IMG/VR virus record: IMGVR_UViG_2595698882_000001
Location: 92,649 to 156,648 of that record
Length of the DNA: 64,000 nt
DNA from: a virus
Lineage: Duplodnaviria; Caudoviricetes
Strand: one strand, 5' to 3'
The notes under the pieces were generated by a model that was not told where the DNA came from, searched no databases, and worked only from the letters and a program-made list of their open reading frames with translations. The stretch's first letter is position 1; every line of letters starts with the position of its first letter. Positions 9,903 through 19,281 of this stretch are shown here, one piece after another. A program made the translations under genes and the position numbers.

Positions 9903-11099
9903 TTGGCAAAGAAGAAAAAACAGAATAATGTATCCGTAGACATTGACTTATCGTCTCTAGCACAGGACGCAGGGCTAACCATCCTCAGAGATTCAGAGTA
10001 TGCCTTAGTTAAGGATAGACTCCCTACTTTCCTACCGAGAATTGATAAAGTATTCGGAGGCGGTTTACCATTTGGTCGTATGATCGAAGTTGCAGGGGTG
10101 CCGGGAGGAGGTAAGTCTACATTAGCCTTCCATATAGCTCGTGTAGGAACCCAACTAGGCTGCATTGTCGTCCTTATTGACGTTGAGGGTACAGCTGACC
10201 GGGTACGTTTAGCAGAACTAGGCATTGACATTAGCAAAGTTCTTGTTAAGCAGCCTGATCTAGAGAAGGACATCGCCCTTACCGTTGAAGAGATCGGTAG
10301 AACGGTTGAACAGTGTCTTGAGATTTTCGGTAAGAAATACCCGGGTGTTCCTGTAGTATTCGTTTGGGACTCGGTAGGTATCACCCCGAGTGAAGGTGAG
10401 CTGGACAAAGACTATGGTGAAAAGAACGTAGGTATGCGTGCAAAAGCCATTACCCAGTTCATCACCAAAGTAGCTCCACAGGTGACAGCACAGAAAGCAA
10501 TGCTTATCGGCATTAACCAAATTCGGGCGGATATTGGTGGAAACGCAATGTTCCCTACAATGTCTGTTCCGGGCGGTAAAGCTTGGGAGCATTATGCAAG
10601 TCTACGTCTGGAAATCCAGAAGAAGGCTGCGATTAAAAAGGGTACAGATAAGATCGGACATGAACTTGGAGTAAAAGTTAACAAGTCCAAAGTCTCTCGC
10701 CCTCACCAGATCGCACTCGGATACCTCATCTCAGATAATGGTCTGGACTACGAGTACAACCTCGCTAAGATGGCAGAGGCAGACGGACTCCTAAACTCAG
10801 TAGGTCAGAGCTATGAACACGTAGACCGCTACGGTGAAATACATAAAAAGAAGAAAGACAACTTTATTGAATGGCTTAAAACGCCTGAAGGTCAGCACGT
10901 CCGGGAAGAGCTGCTAAACGCATTAATTGAGCATGAGTATCCGGGCGGTACATACCCAGCATTTGAAAATGACTCTCTCGACATCTCAGGGTGGATTGAC
11001 AAAGTGGAGAGACAGGTTCCACAACCTTTAGACCTAGATGAGCATGTCACAGAGAGTACCAGCGTTGATGATTTATTGAACACTGATGGAGAAGGGTAA
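9903..11099 (+). CDS. recA: RecA/UvsX-like recombinase
   Basis: GGLPFGRMIEVAGVPGGGKST, VWDSV, INQIR, PGGKAWEHYASLRL. Confidence 0.93.
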   Translation: MAKKKKQNNVSVDIDLSSLAQDAGLTILRDSEYALVKDRLPTFLPRIDKVFGGGLPFGRMIEVAGVPGGGKSTLAFHIARVGTQLGCIVVLIDVEGTADRVRLAELGIDISKVLVKQPDLEKDIALTVEEIGRTVEQCLEIFGKKYPGVPVVFVWDSVGITPSEGELDKDYGEKNVGMRAKAITQFITKVAPQVTAQKAMLIGINQIRADIGGNAMFPTMSVPGGKAWEHYASLRLEIQKKAAIKKGTDKIGHELGVKVNKSKVSRPHQIALGYLISDNGLDYEYNLAKMAEADGLLNSVGQSYEHVDRYGEIHKKKKDNFIEWLKTPEGQHVREELLNALIEHEYPGGTYPAFENDSLDISGWIDKVERQVPQPLDLDEHVTESTSVDDLLNTDGEG

Positions 11100-11139
11100 T
11101 CCCCTTCTCTCCTAATTATTAAGAAGGGCGGGTCCAGTA

Positions 11140-11499
11140 TTGCAGAAGCGAAGTCATGGTGATATTGTAGCCAATACTCTACAGTATTATAGGGAGAGAA
11201 CAAAAAGCAATAACGACAGAACCCCACACCTCTATCTTGACATCAAGAAGAAGCTACAAAAGATTGCTGAAGAAGGTAAGCGTGTCCTTATCGACACTAA
11301 AGACTCCTACAGTGTTCAAACAGTATGCTTGAAATTTGATTACATCTCAGATAGATGGGCTCGGGGTACGTCAATCTGTTACTTAGACGGCAAAGAAGTT
11401 AAGGTTCCTTATACAATCCATTACTCTGACATTGTGTGCAGCCGCATGAATGTCAAAGTAATCATGGAGGGGGATAACCCTTTTGAGAGACCTCAATAA
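11140..11499 (+). CDS. conserved hypothetical phage protein
   Basis: ORF between recA and sigma gene. Confidence 0.7.
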   Translation: MQKRSHGDIVANTLQYYRERTKSNNDRTPHLYLDIKKKLQKIAEEGKRVLIDTKDSYSVQTVCLKFDYISDRWARGTSICYLDGKEVKVPYTIHYSDIVCSRMNVKVIMEGDNPFERPQ

Positions 11500-12118
11500 A
11501 GAGCAGGAACAGATTTTGAATGGAAACCGTTTTATGGTGAATACAAACGAAGCTACAGGAGTGTTCCTTCGGGACGTGGATAAATTGATGCACCAGTACC
11601 GTAACCTACGAATGAGTGTATACAATCAGTTTAAAGACTGCTTACCGGACCCAGTATCCCGGGAGGAGCTTAAGAGCTACATTGATGAGCAGTTCGTCCG
11701 TCTTGTGAAGGAGTACGATATCAATGGTCCTGTAGATTTCCCCGGGTACATAAAGACCAAACTAACCTACAGAGTTAAGCACTCTTACATAAAAGGAGAG
11801 TACCGGGACAGACATCGAGTATTCGTAACAAAGAATGAGTTCGATGTTTCTACACTGATCGAAAGAACGCCTAGCTTAGACGAAGAGTTGGACTACTATG
11901 AAGTGTTGGAGTACACGCTGCATGATGTGAACTTGACTAATCTTGAAAAAGAGGTATTGTTCTACATCCTACAGGAGCTAACAGACTCTCAGATAGAGCA
12001 GAAAGTGAAAGAGTCCTTTGCAGATGAGTATAAACTTAGTACCTCCGAGATACGTACAACGATTAAACTGATGCAGACATTCTTAAGAACAAAGCTCGAA
12101 GAAGCTTTGAAGAAGTAA
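11483..12118 (+). CDS. phage RNA polymerase sigma factor (probably late)
   Basis: region 2-like EQFVRLVKEYDINGPVDFPGYIK; region 4-like LTNLEKEVL; synteny. Confidence 0.75.
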   Translation: MRDLNKEQEQILNGNRFMVNTNEATGVFLRDVDKLMHQYRNLRMSVYNQFKDCLPDPVSREELKSYIDEQFVRLVKEYDINGPVDFPGYIKTKLTYRVKHSYIKGEYRDRHRVFVTKNEFDVSTLIERTPSLDEELDYYEVLEYTLHDVNLTNLEKEVLFYILQELTDSQIEQKVKESFADEYKLSTSEIRTTIKLMQTFLRTKLEEALKK

Positions 12119-12131
12119 GTGCTATATTATA
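12119..12131 (+). promoter_or_regulatory. candidate late promoter TGCTATATTAT
   Basis: resembles Herelleviridae late promoter core TG(T/C)TATATTA; upstream of holin; related TACTATATTA at about 22703. Confidence 0.5.
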
Positions 12132-12152
12132 CAAGTAAACCACGAAGAAAGG

Positions 12153-12458
12153 ATGATCGACATGGATGAGAACAAAAATGTCCAAGTGCAAGAGGTAGAG
12201 ATTCCAACAGAAGCTCCTAAAGTGTCTTCTAAGCTAGTTGTTACAACTATCATCTACCTAATTGCGATTGTCAACGCTGCCGCAGCTTTCCTTGGTTTTG
12301 ATTTTAATATTCCAACAAACTACGACTTCATTTATGATGGCGTTTCTCTAGTGTTCTTTGCAGGAAGCTTCTTCCACGCATACTGGAAAAACAATGACAT
12401 CACTAAAAAAGCTCGTATCAAAGCAGAGGTAGCTAAACAAGTTGATCTTAAGAAATAA
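12153..12458 (+). CDS. holin (SPP1-type)
   Basis: two hydrophobic segments then YWKNNDITKKA motif. Confidence 0.8.
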   Translation: MIDMDENKNVQVQEVEIPTEAPKVSSKLVVTTIIYLIAIVNAAAAFLGFDFNIPTNYDFIYDGVSLVFFAGSFFHAYWKNNDITKKARIKAEVAKQVDLKK

Positions 12459-12485
12459 TAACCTTATGGAAGGAGATATTAACTC

Positions 12486-12974
12486 ATGAAAATTTCAGAA
12501 GCAATGGCTCAAGAAACTGTTACTCTTAACCCGGGTGACTACCTTGCAGCTAACACAGACTCAGTAGGGTACCTGCCTACATATAAAGACACAAGCGATC
12601 TACACAGAGGTCAGTACCTCTTCAAAGTAGTAAGCGCAGACTCTGGTCTGGATGTTATCCCAGTTGTAATGGCTGAAGATGGCAAGTCTTTTGTAGAAGT
12701 TCCTGAGCGCCCGATCATTTCTCAGAGAGGTAATGTGATTTCTTACATGACTACTCGTAATGATCCTATCTTTAAAGATGGCTACCGCCCGGCGCATGCA
12801 CACGTAGTAGAAAACATCCCATCTGGTGAAGAAGCACGTAATATTCTTGCCACTTTCATTGCCTTTGTTGGCAGCGAGTACGGTATGGGTGTTAATGACT
12901 TCAACATTGAAGGTCCTGACTACCTGAATACGGGAGCAGCTCCTGAGCCAGAACCAGAAGAACCACAAGCTTAA
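12486..12974 (+). CDS. hypothetical, possibly virion-associated protein
   Basis: AAGGAG RBS, cotranscribed with holin, terminator downstream. Confidence 0.6.
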   Translation: MKISEAMAQETVTLNPGDYLAANTDSVGYLPTYKDTSDLHRGQYLFKVVSADSGLDVIPVVMAEDGKSFVEVPERPIISQRGNVISYMTTRNDPIFKDGYRPAHAHVVENIPSGEEARNILATFIAFVGSEYGMGVNDFNIEGPDYLNTGAAPEPEPEEPQA

Positions 12975-13033
12975 TACAGTGGTACTATAGTCCTAGTATA
13001 AAAAATACTAAGATAGTACCACACACCAAGAAT

Positions 13034-13060
13034 GGAAGGGGCTATAGCCCCTTCTTTTTT
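13034..13060 (+). terminator. intrinsic terminator
   Basis: GAAGGGGCTATAGCCCCTTC plus T run. Confidence 0.8.
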
Positions 13061-13166
13061 ATATGTTAAAAACCTGAAATATTTTTAATATTTTTATTGA
13101 CTATTTTAAAGAGCCCTGATAGAATACAGTTACAGGGTAAGAAACCTGTAGAAATGGAGGGAGATA

Positions 13167-14108
13167 ATGGACAACAAACTGACCTTGCGAGTCTTTGTGC
13201 CCACAACGTTCGAGGGTGTAACAAGTGTTGCAATCTTAGAAGAGATTATACACCCTAATGTACACCTCGATGTGCGGTATACACGGCACTTAGATTTTCG
13301 AGAACACTGGGAGTTCCACGGAGCAGACATTGTTCTGATACTAGGGTTGGCTTATATGGGTTATACACTCCCGGAAGAGTTTTATACCGAAGTCGATGTT
13401 CCCTTTATGGACTTCCACCACGGCAGTACATACGGAAAACCTATTGAAGGTCACCACATCCAGTCAATCGTTACGGAAGACGCAGACCCCATCTATGAGT
13501 TATGCCGCCACATGCGTTCGTTCCCCGACCAGAGCTTATTGTCCAAGAACGTAACGATCACAGACAAAGCATGGCAGATGATTAATGCAGTGAACAGCTA
13601 TCGGACGTGGACTTGGGAAGGTAACGATATTGTCCGGTTGCTTCTTGCGTTGTATCACGCCAGCTACACATTGATGCCGGGAGCTATCAGAGGAAACAGC
13701 TTAGAAGAGACAGTTAAGAAGAACGCCATTGTCATTAAAGGACAGATGGAGAAACTCAAAGCGTATATCGCTAGGAAGAAAGAAGTTACTCAGACATATA
13801 CAGTAGACATTAATGGTACACACTGTCTGCTGAAAGTTGTGTTTGCAGATGAATACATAAACGAATTGGCTAATGAACTACTAAATGATGAAAAGACTTC
13901 GATGCCAGTTATTGTTTGTGTGGGAAGGGCTACGAAGTCAAATGATATGTTTTCTATTCGTACAAAGCGTATACACGCCGGACAGGTCGCACACCTGATT
14001 AATGAGGGGAACGGTAAAGAAGAAGTCGGTACTGTATTTGTAGACGTAGGTTATGCGGAACTTATGGGGAAAAGTATTATTGCAGCGCTTACCCGTAACG
14101 TACAGTAA
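13167..14108 (+). CDS. DHH/DHHA1-like protein with degenerate motifs
   Basis: TFEGVTSVAIL, DFHH, FSIRT...GNGK resemble DHH family motifs. Confidence 0.5.
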   Translation: MDNKLTLRVFVPTTFEGVTSVAILEEIIHPNVHLDVRYTRHLDFREHWEFHGADIVLILGLAYMGYTLPEEFYTEVDVPFMDFHHGSTYGKPIEGHHIQSIVTEDADPIYELCRHMRSFPDQSLLSKNVTITDKAWQMINAVNSYRTWTWEGNDIVRLLLALYHASYTLMPGAIRGNSLEETVKKNAIVIKGQMEKLKAYIARKKEVTQTYTVDINGTHCLLKVVFADEYINELANELLNDEKTSMPVIVCVGRATKSNDMFSIRTKRIHAGQVAHLINEGNGKEEVGTVFVDVGYAELMGKSIIAALTRNVQ

Positions 14109-14151
14109 GATCACAAGGTATGTTATAATAAAACACAGGGAGGAATTTAAT

Positions 14152-14430
14152 ATGGTGGAAGTCTTAGATCAGTTGGTAGGTAGTTATGGGGTTACTACGG
14201 ATGAGGAGTTCGGTAAAATCGTAGATACACTACTTGAAGTTGGTAGAGTTGTACAAGATCAAGAAAGACCGAGCCATCAAGCAGAGCTCATCATCCAAAA
14301 GTTCGAGGTGCCTACGCCGGAGGGGAAAACAAAGTGCTACGACCTCTGGTATCAAACACGTACACCATTTTCACCTAAAGAAATGTGCTGCTCTTTTGGT
14401 TTCGAGGAGGCAGACAGAAAATATATCTAG
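14152..14430 (+). CDS. hypothetical protein
   Basis: GGGAGG RBS before ATG 14152. Confidence 0.6.
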   Translation: MVEVLDQLVGSYGVTTDEEFGKIVDTLLEVGRVVQDQERPSHQAELIIQKFEVPTPEGKTKCYDLWYQTRTPFSPKEMCCSFGFEEADRKYI

Positions 14431-14442
14431 GAGTGAGAGATA

Positions 14443-15753
14443 TTGAGCGATAAACGTTTAAGTGCTGAGGAGAAAACAATATTAGGTACCGAGAATGGAG
14501 CTAAGGCAGCTTTAATGGGGTACCTTATGGCAGAACGAGGTAAGTGCGCTCCAGCTGTATTTAACAAGTATGCTAAGCGGTTAGGCTTTAGTAAAGTAAA
14601 CATTGCTGAGATGAAGAAACTTCAATCTGACATTGAAAACGACACTGTATTATACAGCATCTATGGGAAAGCATACCAGCGTGTCATCAAACTTGAAGAC
14701 ATCCCTACTGCTTACGACAGCGTACCTGAAATGAAAGAGGAAGACGCATTTTCTCAGGTCACCCCTTACGTAGTGTCCAATGAAGCAAATAATGCGTTCC
14801 TGAGAGAGTTAAGAAGTTTGCAGCGTAAGGGCGCCCATATGGAGCTGCTGTTTAAAGGACTTAAACATTACCTCGTAGAAGAGCTTAAAGGGATGCCGAG
14901 AGCTAAATATTTAAAGACTCCGGTACCTAAGCCTCGAAAGGGAGATAAGAGCCTCATCCTCGCCTTCTCAGACTGGCATATCGGTGCCCTAGTCTTCAAC
15001 GAAGACACCGGAGGATACGACTTCAAGAAGCTCACAACTCAGATGGGCGAAGTTACAGAGTTTGTGCTTGGTTTAGTTGAAGAACTAGACATTAAGCACC
15101 TATACATATTCCACGTTGGGGATGTCATCGAACATATCTCCATGAGAAACGTGAACCAAGCTTTTGAAGCAGAGTTTCCGGCTACAGAACAGATTGCTAA
15201 GGGAACAAGGCTGCTGATTGACATACTTAAAAACATATCCGCACATATTCATGTTACCTTCGGAATGGTTGCTGGTAACCACGACCGTTTCAACGGGAAC
15301 AAGAACGACAAAGTGTACAACGACAACGTAGTATACTTAATCCTTGAGACACTCATTATGTCCCAAGAGGAATTTGGAGCGCTACCTAACGTCACTATTA
15401 TTGACAACAGGGCTGACACTTATGAATTTACCCAAAAGGTAGCAGGTCAAAACATAAAAGTTAAGCACGGAGAGTATGAAAAGAAAAAAGACGATCAAAA
15501 AATTCCAAAACACATCAAAGAAGAACCTATCGACCTGTATATCATGGGACACATACATACAAACAGATTCGTACAAGAAGACTACTCTAGATTCCATGTG
15601 TACGCTGGTTCTACAATGGGAGCGAATAACTATTCCAAAGAACTTAACTTCCCGACCACAGCAGCATCTCAGTTAGCAGTAGTTTTGACGGAAGGAAGCT
15701 CAACAAGAATGTTTATCCCGATTATGTTTAATAAAGACGGAAAATTAGATTAA
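14443..15753 (+). CDS. calcineurin-like metallophosphoesterase
   Basis: SDWHIG, GDVIE, GNHD, KHGE, GHIH motifs. Confidence 0.88.
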   Translation: MSDKRLSAEEKTILGTENGAKAALMGYLMAERGKCAPAVFNKYAKRLGFSKVNIAEMKKLQSDIENDTVLYSIYGKAYQRVIKLEDIPTAYDSVPEMKEEDAFSQVTPYVVSNEANNAFLRELRSLQRKGAHMELLFKGLKHYLVEELKGMPRAKYLKTPVPKPRKGDKSLILAFSDWHIGALVFNEDTGGYDFKKLTTQMGEVTEFVLGLVEELDIKHLYIFHVGDVIEHISMRNVNQAFEAEFPATEQIAKGTRLLIDILKNISAHIHVTFGMVAGNHDRFNGNKNDKVYNDNVVYLILETLIMSQEEFGALPNVTIIDNRADTYEFTQKVAGQNIKVKHGEYEKKKDDQKIPKHIKEEPIDLYIMGHIHTNRFVQEDYSRFHVYAGSTMGANNYSKELNFPTTAASQLAVVLTEGSSTRMFIPIMFNKDGKLD

Positions 15754-15767
15754 TTAGGAGGATGTAA

Positions 15768-16145
15768 ATGGAGACACTAACTGCTTTTGCTGTAACTATG
15801 TATGGGGTCGTTATAGCTTCCTTATTCGCTAACCTCCTTCAGCAATGGAGAGAAACTAAGGAGCTTAAACAGAAGGGGAAGACCCCGTTGACCGGAAAGA
15901 ATACAGCCACGGTTATCTGTGCAGCACTTGGGGAAGCTGTAGTTGTCACCCTTGTATTTTTAGCTCTAGCCGCTGCACCTGCTACACTAGGTATTTGGGA
16001 ACTAGGGGCGGCTGCTGTAGGCTGCTATCTTATTAAAGAGCCTGCTGCATATCTCTCCGCTTGGGCGTGCTGGTCTCTGTTCCTAAAAATCGAAAAGAGA
16101 AAAAGGGTAGCAGAGATCAAAAAAGATCAGAAAGGAGCCATTTAA
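15768..16145 (+). CDS. membrane protein
   Basis: three hydrophobic segments; AGGAGG RBS. Confidence 0.7.
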   Translation: METLTAFAVTMYGVVIASLFANLLQQWRETKELKQKGKTPLTGKNTATVICAALGEAVVVTLVFLALAAAPATLGIWELGAAAVGCYLIKEPAAYLSAWACWSLFLKIEKRKRVAEIKKDQKGAI

Positions 16146-16217
16146 GGCTCTTTTTTCTATACTATAGTAGACAATACTCTGTAACTATGCTATACTAAGA
16201 CTATAAAATACAGAGGA

Positions 16218-16571
16218 GTGGTTTATGTGCTCAAGGAGAAAAAAGTAAGAATTTTCGATCCTGAAATAATCAAGGAAGGTCATGTCATTACATTGGACCA
16301 GTATCAGATAAACACAACTGGATATGATGACGATGAAGACTATAAGGTTAGTTGGGAGTATACAGGAAGCATTACTGGGGTGATAGTAGCAGCCTCTGAA
16401 GAGCGAGTCAAGGTCCTGTGTTCAAGTCCTTGGGAGCTAGGGTGTACTAACGAATATAATATAGGTATTAATGAAGTCGTAGAAGGTGATACTTTACCAG
16501 AGAGCACCGTCAGAAGCTACATGTACTCTATCGTAGGAGTAACAAACCGAGTGAAAGGAATATCAGTATAA
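16218..16571 (+). CDS. hypothetical protein
   Basis: TAGACA/TATACT promoter and GAGGAG RBS. Confidence 0.6.
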   Translation: MVYVLKEKKVRIFDPEIIKEGHVITLDQYQINTTGYDDDEDYKVSWEYTGSITGVIVAASEERVKVLCSSPWELGCTNEYNIGINEVVEGDTLPESTVRSYMYSIVGVTNRVKGISV

Positions 16572-16589
16572 ACAAAGAAGGGTGATCTT

Positions 16590-17186
16590 ATGAACGATAA
16601 AGATATGGCACTACCTAACCCGGAACTGTTGACATACGTTCAAACCGGGGTTTTATGGATAAAGGATGATCCTACTTATGTCATAGACCTTATCAGACAA
16701 GAAAACACAGCTATTGTTCATGTGTTTGCTGTTCATGACAAGACGGCTCAAAGACCTAAGAAAAGGGCAGTGCAAGTAAAGCAGCAAACAACTCGATTCA
16801 GTAACAAGACTAGGCTAGGTGAGATGGCTAATAAGTATTTACCTGCGAAGACTATTGAGAAGTGGGTGGTAAACCCTCCGCTGTTTACAGCACCTATAGT
16901 GCAGGGGTACCGGGATACCTTCTCTCAAAGACAGGAGCCCGGGTTCTTTGAACGGGAGCCGGACACTGAAACGACCTTTAGTGGGGAGCGCAAGATCATT
17001 AGAGGGAAGAATACAGGAGTGTTTATCGGGCTATCCTCTATTGTGTGGGAAGACAGAATCAGAATATCTAAAGAGTCCCTTGTACAGGCAATCACTAAGT
17101 ACCGTCAAGGTAATTCTTTCTATAACTTCACAGATAGAGACGATGATCCGAATAACCCGTTATCGAGCGGCTACAATAACCTATAA
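16590..17186 (+). CDS. conserved hypothetical protein
   Basis: 198 aa ORF. Confidence 0.65.
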   Translation: MNDKDMALPNPELLTYVQTGVLWIKDDPTYVIDLIRQENTAIVHVFAVHDKTAQRPKKRAVQVKQQTTRFSNKTRLGEMANKYLPAKTIEKWVVNPPLFTAPIVQGYRDTFSQRQEPGFFEREPDTETTFSGERKIIRGKNTGVFIGLSSIVWEDRIRISKESLVQAITKYRQGNSFYNFTDRDDDPNNPLSSGYNNL

Positions 17187-17271
17187 AGAGGTAACAGAGT
17201 TACTGGCTGCTAGGCTCCGGCTTAGCAGCTTTTTGTGTACATAACCCAGACAATATCAGGAGGGAAATGTT

Positions 17272-17991
17272 ATGAAAAAGTTATACGAGGCAGAAATTAA
17301 AGAATTAATTTTAAAAAAGAGGCATATATTTGTGTCAAACGGGAATAGTAATAGTACCATCCTATTCGAGAAGGCAATTGTTATAGGCTCCACAATCGCA
17401 GACTGTATCATCTTCTCTGAGGATAGAGGGATTATCGGGATAGAGATAAAAACAGAGTATGACAACACTAGACGGCTTAACAAGCAGCTGAAGAACTACA
17501 GCCTTGTATGCGACTACGTTTATGTACTGTGTCACGATAATCACGTAGAGAAGACTGAGGAGATACTTCTCAAAAATAATCATCATCATGTGGGGATACT
17601 AGCATATACTGAATTTAGAGGGGAGGCAATACTAGGGGTTTATAAGGCAGCTGCTCACTCGCCGTCTAAGAATGTTAGAATGGCATATCAGATGCTGTGG
17701 AAAGAAGAAATATCTAACATACTAGGCAGCTTCAAGAAACAGATGAAGACCTTGGAAGAACAAGGGTTATCAGTAGATACTGCAAAGAGTAGGTCAAACG
17801 GTTTACACGGACTTTATACTAAGTCTAACGCCTCTAAGAAGTACCTTACGAAGAGTAACATGATAAACATGATCGTAGGGCGGCTAGGCGAGCACTCTGC
17901 TAACTGCCTACTGTGTGACATCTTTATATCCGGTAGAATGCACCCCGATAGAAATTTAAAATTTCATTATTTTAAGCAGTCCGGTAAATAG
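17272..17991 (+). CDS. Sce7726-like PD-(D/E)XK nuclease family protein
   Basis: IADC...GIEIKTEYDNTRRLNKQLKNYSLVCDYVYV. Confidence 0.7.
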   Translation: MKKLYEAEIKELILKKRHIFVSNGNSNSTILFEKAIVIGSTIADCIIFSEDRGIIGIEIKTEYDNTRRLNKQLKNYSLVCDYVYVLCHDNHVEKTEEILLKNNHHHVGILAYTEFRGEAILGVYKAAAHSPSKNVRMAYQMLWKEEISNILGSFKKQMKTLEEQGLSVDTAKSRSNGLHGLYTKSNASKKYLTKSNMINMIVGRLGEHSANCLLCDIFISGRMHPDRNLKFHYFKQSGK

Positions 17992-18089
17992 AGGAAGTTT
18001 ACATTGTAACCATGCCATGATATACTTCCTGTATAAAGTCTTTTGAGAACAGATAAACTAAAAATAAAAAACCGAAGGAGAGATACACA

Positions 18090-18638
18090 ATGACTGTACA
18101 CATGAATTTAGTTAAATACGCAGGAGACTTTTGGGTGACTTTAGCTGATTATACACATACTAGGAGTGCTGAGAACTACTCAGACCATGCATCTGTAAAA
18201 TCTGCGATTCGTACTGCTGTAGTTAGAGAAGGGGCAGATAAATACATCGCTTTTAGAGGAGAGGCGCAAATTAAGGGTATCATTAGAGAGAATAAAGACA
18301 ACGATATGTTCTATCCTGAAGATTTTCAAGGGCATACTCGTGCTGCTTTAATTCATTGGAGTATGCTTGATATGCTCAATAACCGATTCAAAGTAGAAAA
18401 AGGCAAAGAGCAGGCATTCGCTCGCTTTATGGAAGAGGCGGAAGAGTATATGGAGACTCTGGCTACTCCTAAAGAAGAGTCTACAGGACTTTTCGACAAT
18501 AGGTCTGCAATGCTAAAGAGCTTACGACAAGACCTAAGTTTACTGGATAAAGAAATTGAAGTTAAGATGAATAACCGGGAGAAAATACTGCAGGCTATAA
18601 ACGCTTTAGAGGGTCTCGACTTAGAGAATCTCCAGTAA
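18090..18638 (+). CDS. hypothetical protein with C-terminal coiled coil
   Basis: AAGGAG RBS. Confidence 0.65.
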   Translation: MTVHMNLVKYAGDFWVTLADYTHTRSAENYSDHASVKSAIRTAVVREGADKYIAFRGEAQIKGIIRENKDNDMFYPEDFQGHTRAALIHWSMLDMLNNRFKVEKGKEQAFARFMEEAEEYMETLATPKEESTGLFDNRSAMLKSLRQDLSLLDKEIEVKMNNREKILQAINALEGLDLENLQ

Positions 18639-18750
18639 GTATGATACAATATGAATACAGAGTACAGGGGGTGACATTTTGTAAAAAAGTGTTGCCTTTT
18701 TCTTTTATACACTGTATAATATACATAAGACATACAGGTGGTTACAGACT

Positions 18751-19281
18751 ATGGCAAAAAAGAAAAAACCAAATTCAGTAACAAGAGCAATGTCTCGGGG
18801 TGTTGGAGCCCGAGGAACATCAGCAACACCAAACTCTGGTAAAGATGCACACAGTCAGGCTAGAAAGAGCACTAAAGGGCACTACAGAGTAGAGTTCACA
18901 GAGGTATTTGAGCGGATGACTGAGAAGGATATAGAGCTAAGGAAGACATACGGTATAGACTTAGTTGCAGGGAACCTAAAGGTACCTACAGATATGGTTA
19001 CACTCCGAGCTAAGAAGAAAACAGGAGAACAGACTCTAACTTCTCTAGATGAGGTGTACTATGTTAAGGTTGGTCAGGAGACCTGCGGAAAGCTGTCTAT
19101 ACGTACACAGAGGCTATGGAAAAGCAGTAACCTTATATTTGTATTCCAGATCAAGAAAACCGCTCTAAAGCCACCACAGAAAGCTTTTAGCCGCAACAAG
19201 GGGTTTAAGAAACGAACCACCAGTCAGAAAAGTCAGGCTAGTAGAAATTCCTATAATAAACGCAGAGGAGGAAAGAATTAG
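18751..19281 (+). CDS. basic hypothetical protein (possible nucleic-acid binding)
   Basis: K/R-rich termini. Confidence 0.65.
   Translation: MAKKKKPNSVTRAMSRGVGARGTSATPNSGKDAHSQARKSTKGHYRVEFTEVFERMTEKDIELRKTYGIDLVAGNLKVPTDMVTLRAKKKTGEQTLTSLDEVYYVKVGQETCGKLSIRTQRLWKSSNLIFVFQIKKTALKPPQKAFSRNKGFKKRTTSQKSQASRNSYNKRRGGKN

Noticed and set aside
9903-11099. Intron or intein in recA
   Set aside because: Continuous 398-aa ORF of normal length
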